A stretch of DNA of 64,000 nucleotides from assembly GCF_006345805.1 (NCBI RefSeq), contig NC_042998.1, positions 1,054,001 through 1,118,000 of the forward strand. The letters run 5' to 3'. The notes beneath the pieces are model-generated. The model was given only the letters and a program-made list of their open reading frames with translations, did not search any database and had not been told where the DNA came from. This document shows positions 53,620 to 64,000 of the stretch, piece by piece. The DNA comes from Octopus sinensis (lineage: Eukaryota). Positions within the stretch are counted from its first letter, which is position 1, and the number at the start of each line of letters is the position of its first letter. Both the position numbers and the translations under genes were made by a program.

Positions 53620-53840
53620 TATCCACATTGATTTCAAGTTTTGGCACAAGGCTAGCAATTTTTAGGGTGAGGTAAGTCGATTACATCAACCCCACTGTTC
53701 AACTGGTACTTATTTTATCGACCCCGAAAGAATGAAAGGCAAAGTGGACCTCGGCGGAATTTGAACCCAGAACGTAAAGATGGACGAAATGCTGCTAAGA
53801 ATTTTGCCTGATATTCTAACGGTTCTGCCAGATCACGGCC
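53620..53840 (-). mobile_element. SINE S1
   Basis: Core and head present. Confidence 0.85.
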
Positions 53841-54239
53841 TTAACTACAAAATCTATATTGAAAACGAAGCATACTTAAAGAATTCCGTGCAGATGCACA
53901 TCGTTCTCTAATGCAGGAGTTGATGTTCAACGAGACCATGATACAGCTCCGAATTTTGTTTGGCCTCCTTCCACCGACTTTAGAGTTACTCGGGCTGTGG
54001 GGGTCATCCACCGATGTAGACGACAAAACTCCCACAAAACGGACGTGCTTTGTGCCAGACGCTGCGTCTCTGCTTTACATATCTCTCTTAGATATCTCTC
54101 ATTTTCAATACTTGTTCTTGTTACACCATTCCTTCTCTCCTTTTCTTTCTCGGGGGCTTCCAACAATTTTCTAGTAACATCTTTTTATCCCTTAAATCCT
54201 TCCTAAGTAGCCAATGTCTTCTCTATCTTTTCTTTTATT

Positions 54240-54792
<553 letters not shown>

Positions 54793-55018
54793 TAGCAAGT
54801 TCCCTTTTACTAACCAACAAATCTTACCTTCGTTTATATATATTCGCAGTATATTGACACTTTCCCAATACTTTTCTGAAATAATTTTAGATATGAAAGA
54901 ACAGTAGAATAATATTCTTGGTCTTCCTCAGTTATATTGCTTATTTGACTTCTCTCTATGTCCAGTATTGAGTACTTTTTAAATATTGCTGCTTCGTTTG
55001 TACTGCTGTACAATCGAT

Positions 55019-55069
<51 letters not shown>

Positions 55070-55445
55070 ACGTACACACACGCACACACACACACACACA
55101 CCACTCACACACAAACACACACAACACACACACACTCACACAGACCACACCACACACATATATATATATATGATATATATTATATTATATATATAATATA
55201 TATATATACATCTTAGAATAAGTGTAATTTAGAAATCTATGCAAGTCGGTTGCAGTTATTTAAATAAATATGTTTTTCTAAGAAATATGCTACCAGCAGA
55301 TGGTATATCGATCTCAAGGACAGGTTTTTATTGGCAGCTTAAGCTATTATAATTTACTAAGATAATTGGAAAAAATATATTTCTTCCGTGGTATTTATTT
55401 TTTTTTAACTTTCGTGATGTTTTGTTATCATTTTACTTTCCGTTA

Positions 55446-55512
<67 letters not shown>

Positions 55513-55863
55513 GTGAGTGTGTGTGAGTGCGTGTGTGTGTATGTGTGTGTGTGTGAGTGTGTGTGAATGCGTGTGCTCTTTATTCAATTATTCATAGCGA
55601 CAGTAATTGATGTTTTTGGATGGTTGCCAGTGAATAGCTGAAGTAGACGTCGATGTTGTTCAATGAGCGCAAAATAAAGAATTCTTAGACATTAAGCTAC
55701 TATTTTGAAGGAAATGTCTTGTTCCTGTGTATTGCATTAGTTTTAGTTTTACCGAATCCGGAGGATTTTCTTGGAAAGCTAATCTGAACTCTTAAGTAGG
55801 AGAACGTTAACATTTCTTTTCATTGCGCTCATCTTATTTAGAGAACTATATAGAATTCGTGTG

Positions 55864-56232
55864 TTATTACCTCCGCCATAGCGAAGGCGGTGGTATTGTT
55901 TTTCAGTCGTGTTTGTTTGTTTATCCGTGGACAATATATCTCAAGAATCGCTGGATGGATCTGGATGAAACTTTCAGGGGTGTTTTGCCTTGTTACTGGC
56001 ACGAACTGATTACATTCTGGGATCGATCTGGTACCGGACAAGGATTCTGGATTATTTTTAGTATCTTTTACTTAATTTTTGACAGCGTTAAGGTTCATTT
56101 TTAGTATTCTCGTTTATGAGAGCAGTCGAATTCATTTCATATATTCTCATCTAAAAAATTATCTCTGGCTGATCGTTGAGAGGACGTTTGTGTTGCCTTG
56201 GCGGAGGTTTGCGCTCTCTGAGTGCTCTTGAT
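55864..56232 (+). mobile_element. Helentron-associated non-autonomous element (HINE/DINE-1-like)
   Basis: 5' TTATTACCTCCGCC with hairpin ACCTCCGCC..GGCGGTGGT; 3' sub-TIR CCTTGGCGGAGGT (56196-56208) followed by stem-loop GCGCTCTCTGAGTGC. Confidence 0.65.
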
Positions 56233-56368
56233 TGCATTATTTCTACGCTAAGAAGTAAATACAAATTTAAGCAAACAAACTCTGATTCGCATAACTACAG
56301 ATCTGTGCCATTCTTCCCCGGCCCCGGATTTCTAAAAAATCTGTATACCTTAATAAAATTTTCTACCC

Positions 56369-56651
56369 TAAGAAGCTTGCTTCTCAACCACATGGTTCTG
56401 AGTTCAGTCTCACTGTGTGGCACCGTAGAAAGTGTCTTCTACTATAGGTTTCTGTGTTTCTACCCTACCACCGCTTGGCAACCGGTGTTGGTGTTTTTAC
56501 ATCCCCTAAATTAGCGGTTCGGTAGAGAGTCCGGTAGAATAAGTACCAGGTTTAACAAAAAACAAAAGTACTGGGTTCGATTCATTTGACTAAGAATTCT
56601 TCAAGGCGGTGCCCCAGCATGGCCGCAGTCTAATAACTGAAACAAGTAAAA
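56369..56651 (+). mobile_element. SINE S2 variant
   Basis: S2 head; tail AAGGCGGTGCCCCAGCATGGCCGCAGTCTAATAACTGAAACAAG. Confidence 0.82.
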
Positions 56652-56883
56652 TGTAAATGGTAAATACGCTTCCGGGGATGTAAATCCCGATTATATCGGA
56701 ATGGGATGGGAAAAACATTGTGATAGAGTGAGGAGCATAATCCCCACGTCTTGTGGAAGCATGGAAGGAAAGGAACTGGAGACATTTAGATTATTACAAA
56801 TTTAAGTTTTTCACATCAATACGGATATTATCATAATCTACATCATCTGAACCGTGTTTAATTTTTATCCCTTACTTGTTTTA

Positions 56884-57190
56884 GTGTGGAGGCACATGGC
56901 CTAGCGGCTAGAGCAGCGGACTCGCGGTCGAGGGATCACGGGTTCGAATCTCAGACCAGGCGATGTGTGTGTTTATGAGCGAAACACCTAAGCTCCACGC
57001 GGCTCCAGCAGAAAGTAATGGCAAACTTCTGCTGACTCTTTCGCCACAACTTTCTCTCACTCTTTCCTCCTACATCTTGCAGCTCACCTGCGATGGACCA
57101 GAGTCCCGTCTACGTGGGGAACCTTCATCAGGAAACCGGGAAACAGGCCCTTATGAGTCAGGCATTGCTTGAGAAGGAACAAACAACAAC
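56884..57190 (+). mobile_element. SINE S3, full length
   Basis: Head GTGGAGGCACATGGCCTAGCGG, GGGTTCGAATCTC, V-like core, (CAA)n tail. Confidence 0.88.
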
Positions 57191-57204
57191 ACGTTTTAGT
57201 CGTT

Positions 57205-57535
57205 AGATTGTGGGCATGCTGGGGCACCACCTTAATGGATTTTAGTCGAAGAATCGACTCCTGAACTTATGTTTTTACGCCTGATCCTTATTCGTTCGGT
57301 CTTTTTTGCCAACCGGTCCCAAAGACACACCAACACCGGTTGTCAAACGGTGATGGGGGGGTGGAAATCAGACCCAAAGACACACTCGCACACACAGTTT
57401 CCGTCTACTAGATCCACTCAGAAGGCTTTGCTCCGCCCGAGGCTATAGTAGAAGACACTTGCCCAAGGTGCCACGCGGTAGTACCGAAAATGGAACCATG
57501 TGGTTGGGAAAGAAACTTCTTACCACACGACCAAT
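57205..57535 (-). mobile_element. SINE S2, diverged
   Basis: Head, core and tail present. Confidence 0.8.
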
Positions 57536-59039
57536 GCCAGAAGTAAATATCAGTAAGTCATTCGTTTTCCACACATCTAAACACATACATGTACCACAGT
57601 AACAATCACGTGCGCTAATCACCTCTAATCCTGCTTCAAGACCTAAGTACAAGTATCTACACACACTTTCTTCCTTTCTTCACTAACTTCACATCCCCAG
57701 CATTCGCTCTGGTTTCTAATCTTTCGCCGTCTTCCTGCGTCCTTCTATATTTTCTTATATACTCACTTTCTTTATACACTCGCTAGAAATGTATTTCCTT
57801 ATACACTCACTGCAAATATATTTCTAGAAAATTTCATTAAAAAATATGCATTTTTCAGAAAGTTATAAAGAAAGGAAGTCGGTGGTGGTGTCACCCATCT
57901 GTAGTTTTGCTCTATAATCTTGTAGCTCCTTTTCCGTGGTAGACCTCGGACTGTGTCCATTCTATGTGCGATACACGCTACTTAATCCCTAGAAATCACA
58001 TTATGAAGAAATAGCAGCTATTTAGTTTCAGATAATAATCAAAGAATTACCATAAGCAGTGTAGATTTCTTCCCTTGCATGCATGTACATATTTTAAAAT
58101 CTATATCAATAGATAGATAAATGTTGTTCAGATTTTCATAGGGTAAAGCCTGGAAAAAGACTGCGTAGATAAGTATAATGAGATCCAGTTCTACTTGTTT
58201 GTAGTCTACCATGTTGCATTCATCTTGGCGAAGTCTAAAGATTTCATGGAAATATAATGTCCATGCTAAAGTCGATTAAATGAGCAAAGCCATGGCTACT
58301 TTCCTGGTCATCGTAATTCTACAAACTCAGTGATAATCACCTTATATTAAGTGTGTGAAAGTTGGTGGCTTAATGGTTGAGGTGCTAGGCTCATCACCAT
58401 ACACACGCTAATCTATGGAGTAGGTAGTTCCTGGACTTGATGGCTCGTCTTATCTTTGAGCCAGGCACTTTACATCTTGTTACTCCAGACTACTCAGCTG
58501 ATATGAGCACCAGCTGAATGCTGGTGCCTCCCCTTTTCCTCTCTCTCCTTCCCTCTCATTCCTTCCTTCTCTCTTCAGCTGTCATATTCTAGCTCAATGT
58601 TTTCTAACCTAATTCGCCCCCAGGCCCCACTATAACTTTCCAGAAAAATGTATGCCACACCAGTGGTTGGAAAAAAAAAACAGCTTTACTTTTAATATTT
58701 TATCAATTATTTAATACAAAAGAATCTACCAATAACTCTTTTATCAAGTACTGAATACAAAAAAAGTATATTATTCACTAAAAAAAAAGATTAGGGGTAA
58801 CTAGAGCGAAATTTGGCTGCTGTTTCTAGCAGATCCAGTTATTGAACATACGTTTACCTAGTTTACCTAAGCCACAATGGCCTGTTTTGGGGTCGTTTTG
58901 ATAAATTATTTTATCGTTTGAATGATAAACTAATTGATTTTAATCTACTGGAGAAGTAAACTACGATGCAAAAACAACGATACCAGCTGACAGAAGTAAA
59001 AGAATCAACGTAGATGAACCGATGACAGAACACTTAAGT

Positions 59040-60898
59040 CAGTGCTCCTTTGCCATTTTTTTTTTAGTCAAGGCCCCCTTTGATTCCAATATTACTTGGG
59101 AGATGGGGACCCTCTTGGCCATTTGATGTCTGAAAAGTCCAATCATATTTTTAATGATTAAATATTATTAGAAATTATTTAAAGAAATGTTTAAATATTT
59201 TCTGTATTTTGGAAATATGACCAGTTTATTGTACATAAATTTTAGCAATACCATATAAGGAACTCCTAAGGGTCATAAGGAACTCCTAAGGGTCATAAGG
59301 AACTCCTAAGGGTCATATGGAACTCCTAAGGGTCATAAGGAACTCCTAAGGGTCATATGGAACTCCTAAGGGTCATATGGAACTCCTAAGGGTCATAAGG
59401 AACTCCTAAGGGTCATATGGAACTCCTAAGGGTCATAAGGAACTCCTAAGGGTCATAAGGAACTCCTAAGGGTCATAAGGAACTCCTAAGGGTCATATGG
59501 AACTCCTAAGGGTCATAAGGAACTCCTAAGGGTCATATGGAACTCCTAAGGGTCATAAGGAACTCCTAAGGGTCATAAGGAACTCCTAAGGGTCATAAGG
59601 AACTCCTAAGGGTCATATGGAACTCCTAAGGGTCATAAGGAACTCCTAAGGGTCATATGGAACTCCTAAGGGTCATAAGGAACTCCTAAGGGTCATAAGG
59701 AACTCCTAAGGGTCATAAGGATCTCCTAAGGGTCATATGGAACTCCTAAGGGTCATAAGGAACTCCTAAGGGTCATATGGAACTCCTAAGGGTCATAAGG
59801 AACTCCTAAGTGTCATATGGAACTCCTAAGGGTCATAAGGAACTCCTAAGGGTCATAAGGAACTCCTAAGGTCATATGGAACTCCTAAGGGTCATAAGAA
59901 CTCCTAAGGGTCATATGGAACTCCTAAGGGTCATAAGGAACTCCTAAGGGTCATATGGAACTCCTAAGGGTGATAAGGAACTCCTAAGGGTCATATGGAA
60001 CTCCTAAGGGTCATAAGGAACTCCTAAGGGTCATATGGAACTCCTAAGGGTCATAAGGAACTCCTAAGGGTCATATGGAACTCCTAAGGGTCATAAGGAA
60101 CTCCTAAGGGTCATATGGAACTCCTAAGGGTCATAAGGAACTCCTAAGGGTCATATGGAACTCCTAAGGGTCATATGGAACTCCTAAGGGTCATATGGAA
60201 CTCCTAAGGGTCATAAGGAACTCCTAAGGGTCATATGGAACTCCTAAGGGTCATAAGGAACTCCTAAGGGTCATATGAAACTCCTAAGGGTCATAAGGAA
60301 CTCCTAAGGGTCATATGGAACTCCTAAGGGTCATAAGGAACTCCTAAGGGTCATATGGAACTCCTAAGGGTCATAAGGAACTCCTAAGGGTCATATGGAA
60401 CTCCTAAGGGTCATAAGGAACTCCTAAGGGTCATATGGAACTCCTAAGGGTCATAAGGAACTCCTAAGGGTCATATGGAACTCCTAAGGGTCATAAGGAA
60501 CTCCTAAGGGTCATATGGAACTCCTAAGGGTCATAAGGAACTCCTAAGGGTCATATGGAACTCCTAAGGGTCATAAGGAACTCCTAAGGGTCATATGGAA
60601 CTCCTAAGGGTCATAAGGAACTCCTAAGGGTCATATGGAACTCCTAAGGGTCATAAGGAACTCCTAAGGGTCATATGGAACTCCTAAGGGTCATAAGGAA
60701 CTCCTAAGGGTCATATGGAACTCCTAAGGGTCATAAGGAACTCCTAAGGGCCATATGGAACTCCTAAGGGTCATAAGGAACTCCTAAGGGTCATATGGAA
60801 CTCCTAAGGGTCATATGGAACTCCTAAGGGTCATAAGGAACTCCTAAGGGTCATATGGAACTCCTAAGGGTCATATGGACCCCGGTTGAGAAGCACTG
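59040..60898. mobile_element. hAT-type MITE carrying an expanded internal tandem array
   Basis: TIRs CAGTGCTCCTTTGCC / GGTTGAGAAGCACTG (11/15 match); 8-bp flanks ACTTAAGT and ATGTAAGT (6/8 match). Confidence 0.72.
59259..60878. repeat. 20-bp minisatellite, ~81 copies of GGAACTCCTAAGGGTCATA(A/T)
   Basis: Direct inspection; two variants differing at one base, few other mutations. Confidence 0.98.
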
Positions 60899-60899
60899 A

Positions 60900-61108
60900 T
60901 GTAAGTGGTTGCTTGACCTGTTAAAAATAGATGCTAAATCTCCCTCAAGCTATACTTACAAGTCTTTTTAAAATGTAAGGACCAAATGAATAACATAGCC
61001 ATAGAAACCCAATGGCCGAGAAAAGAACAAGATAGTCGAGGTTGGAACGACTTTTTTGATCGTAGGTTTTCTCATGTAGAGCTTACCAAGGGTTAAAAAA
61101 CAACAACA
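60900..61108 (+). mobile_element. Interspersed repeat with (CAA)n tail
   Basis: Homologous pieces at 21320-21430, 58795-58835 (reverse) and 62135-62305. Confidence 0.55.
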
Positions 61109-61371
61109 GCGAATATTTAACAGTTATAACGAAACAAATAACACACTATTTATTTACTTAGACTAAAGTTTAATGTTTGATTTAGAAGCCATATTCTGGA
61201 CAAAAGTTTGTGACATTTGCGCAACAAATTAATTAATACGGCTTTGTATTACAGTGTATGCCAAATGGGAAACAACCTTGGCCCACCGGCTTCATTTCAC
61301 AGCTTCTCATCTTTCGTGCACCCAAAGTGTTTAAACTTTATCCTCTAACGAAATAGTTATGTATAACTACT

Positions 61372-61427
<56 letters not shown>

Positions 61428-61819
61428 GTATTTATTAAGTCGTGTTTTTCCCGCTTAAGAAATGACTTCTTATCTCCACAATAGATCGACTTAGTGTTAC
61501 AAAACTTTCAATGAATTTTTATTTTCTCTCTTCCGTTTTAATTTTCTTTTCCGCTTTCTTCTAAGCTGCTACACATAATCGTCACTTAGAAGCGGCAATG
61601 TGGATCGACTTCTCTTCACAACACCATCTGGCACTAATGATCTCCAATACAGCAAGTTTACTGCGGTGGATGCCACTTTTTTTCCTCTCTTTCCTTGAGG
61701 TCGGATAGAGTTTGATGTTGGATAACTTTTGCAGGTGTATAATTCTAAACATTTTCACATGACTTCTGTTTTGCTTTTATATCAAATTTCGTACTGTAAA
61801 CTTTTGCTTTTATTTTGAA

Positions 61820-62075
61820 AACAGTTGTTGCTGTTGCTATTGCTGTGTTGTTGCTGTTGTTGTTGTTGCTTTGCTGCTTTTGTTGTTGTTGCTGCTGTTG
61901 TCATTGTTGCCAGTGTTCTTGAATATCTTGGTGAACTTAGTGCTTCTGCTGAATATTTTATCAACTGAGCCTTCTCCCACTCCTCCTCCTCCTCCTCCAC
62001 CGCCTCCACTTCCTCTTCCGCCCCCTCTTCCTCTTCCGCCTCCTCTTCTTCTGTTTCGCCCCTTCTTCCCGCTCT

Positions 62076-62109
<34 letters not shown>

Positions 62110-62110
62110 G
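61820..62110. repeat. Compound trinucleotide tract (GTT/GCT/CCT/ACT)
   Basis: Direct inspection. Confidence 0.9.
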
Positions 62111-62444
62111 AAGGAAGTAGTAGCAGTTGCCTCTATGCAGTTGCTTCAACTATTAGAAATAGCTATCAAAGCTATCAAATACCCTCAAATCAAGCTAGAT
62201 CAGCTCTAAAGAAGGATGTACATACCTTCTCCAAGATATGTAAAAAGACGAATCAGTCATGGCTGGAGAGTCTTCCACCAGAGGCTTCCTTAACCAGAGC
62301 TGATTCACAGAATGACAAATATAAAGAGCTGAAGTATAGTGAATCGAATAAACGCACAGCATAAGAATTATTGGTTCTACTTGCATCGACTTCAGATGAA
62401 AGAAAAGGCAAATCGATCGTGACAAATTTTGAATTCATAATATA

Positions 62445-62657
62445 CGAAGGGGGGGGGTGCTGAAAAGTTCACTTTAAATTTGTCAGGAAGGGCCTGTCTG
62501 GAGACCCAACCTTCCGAGTTCCATTACAGGGCTTAGAAAAGCCGAAGGTGAGCTGCAATAAGTGTGTGCATCTGAGAGAGGAATATGTTGAATAAAATCA
62601 ATTGATCCTCCTGTGTTTTCTTTTACCCATAGCCAGAAACTTTCCATCACCTCCTCG
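62445..62657 (+). mobile_element. Internally deleted mariner (MITE)
   Basis: TIRs CGAAGGGG..GTGCTGAAAAGTTC / GAAACTTTCCATCACCTCCTCG, TA flanks, residual C-terminus CNKCVHLREEYVE*. Confidence 0.75.
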
Positions 62658-62932
62658 TAAATGTACAGAGCAAAAATCCTTTAAGAATTTTGTTCGCTGC
62701 TTCATCGATTTTGTCATCCATCAATCTTTATGTAAGCAAAATACGTAAAATCATTTCGAACATAAACAAAAGTCCATACGTTTTGCTAGAAAGTGTTCTC
62801 ATCGACTAAATCGCAATCCACCATACTTGATTTGCATTATCTTATAATGATGCAAACAAAGCAGAATTTGAACTCAGTTTGTAGAGTCGGAAATAGACAA
62901 CGCAAGATATTTTGTCGGATGAGAGGGAACAT

Positions 62933-63350
62933 AAGCGGCGAGCTGGCAGAGTGGTTAGCACGCCGGGCGAAATGCGTAGCCGTATTTCGTCTGGCATTAC
63001 GTTCTGAGTTCAAATTCCGCCGAGGTCGACTTTACCTTTCATCCTTTCGGGGTCGATAAATTAAGTACCAGTTACGCACTGGGGTCGATGTAATCGACTT
63101 AATCCGTTTGTCTGTCCTTATTTGTCCCCTATGTGTTTAGCCCCTCTGTGGGTAATAAAGAAATAGGTATTTCGTCTGCCGCTACGTTCTGAGTTCAAAT
63201 TCCGCCGAGGTCGACTTTGCCTTTCATCCTTTCGAGGTCGATTAAATTAGTACCAATTACACACTGGGGTCGATATAATCGACTTATTCCCTTTTTCTGT
63301 CCTTGTTTGTCCCCTCTATGTTTAGCTCCTTGTGGGCAATAAAGAAATAA
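62933..63350 (+). mobile_element. SINE S1 dimer with 15-bp TSD
   Basis: Two units, both with tail b; GATGAGAG(G/T)GAACAT at 62918-62932 and 63351-63365. Confidence 0.93.
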
Positions 63351-63734
63351 GATGAGAGTGAACATTGAATTGATAGTTTTCGCCATAAGCTGAAGTAATG
63401 CTAGGTTCAGATTTACTTTCTCACACTATAAATACATTTATGTCATGTTTATTTGTGAAAGCAGCTCTCATGTAATATAGTGGCTTTTTTTTTTGTTTCC
63501 CGGGGATGTACCCTTCATGTAGCTTTTGGCTTCTTATGATTTGGATGTGTTAGGTTGGAACTAAAGTCCTGACGCATTTTTGGTATGATCACTTTGAGGG
63601 TACTTTTGCAAAACGCGCAGTAAAATAAGCTAAGTTTTTACATTCTAATGGCATTTTTATTTATTTCTTTGCAGTTTAATGTATACCATAGTGGTTGAAC
63701 TCATATCGATTTTACCCATTTAAAATTAATTTTA

Positions 63735-64000
63735 ATCAGATCCATATTAAACACTGCTTGCTCTGCAAATTCAAAACAGGTTCTTCAGCAATGGAAGCAG
63801 CAAGAAATATGGGTTTCGTCTTCTGGGAATGAAGCTGAAAGTTTCCAATCCTGCCAATGTTGGCTTCGCTCTGGAATGCTTCTTTCACACGATCCCCTCG
63901 ATCTGGACAATCAATTTCTGTCAATATTGAGCTTCTAAACCGTAGTTGAGGAAAATCGAAAGCAAACCACGAGAATTAGCAAAACAGTTCAATTCAAGTC
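63735..64000 (+). pseudogene. Degraded mariner transposase N-terminus (runs off the window)
   Basis: HIKHCLLCKFKTGSSAMEAARN..PRSGQSI..VEEN..TTRELAKQFNS across frameshifts, paralleling 40849 onward. Confidence 0.6.

Noticed and set aside
53911-54206. Overlapping short ORFs in a GC-richer patch
   Set aside because: No motif in any frame; likely an old repeat remnant.
59259-60878. 20-bp array as a CRISPR array or telomeric repeat
   Set aside because: No unique spacers, no cas genes, eukaryotic context, and no TTAGGG units.

Overview
AT-rich, microsatellite-saturated eukaryotic genomic DNA. The SINE families and repeat density suggest an octopod cephalopod (inference). I found no host protein-coding gene I can support; almost all long ORFs in the track are translated microsatellites. 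The window is a dense field of mobile elements. (1) A disrupted Penelope-like element (PLE; RT + GIY-YIG) plus several short PLE-terminus-like modules carrying minimal type-I hammerhead ribozyme (HHR) motifs, one of them intact. (2) 3' fragments of CR1-group, Tx1-like and R4/Dong-like LINEs. (3) About 30 copies of four tRNA-derived SINE families. (4) A near full-length mariner, other Tc1/mariner and hAT remnants, MITEs and a Helentron-type HINE. (5) A 1.6-kb, 20-bp tandem array expanded inside a hAT MITE. The most notable observations are: a tRNA-Arg-headed short element with a hammerhead tail (29.4-29.7 kb); two SINE-LINE shared-tail pairs whose partners are both in the window (Tx1-like and CR1-group, the latter with a covarying stem-loop); each retroelement class sitting in its own microsatellite type; and the MITE-born minisatellite with a nascent 40-bp higher-order repeat.
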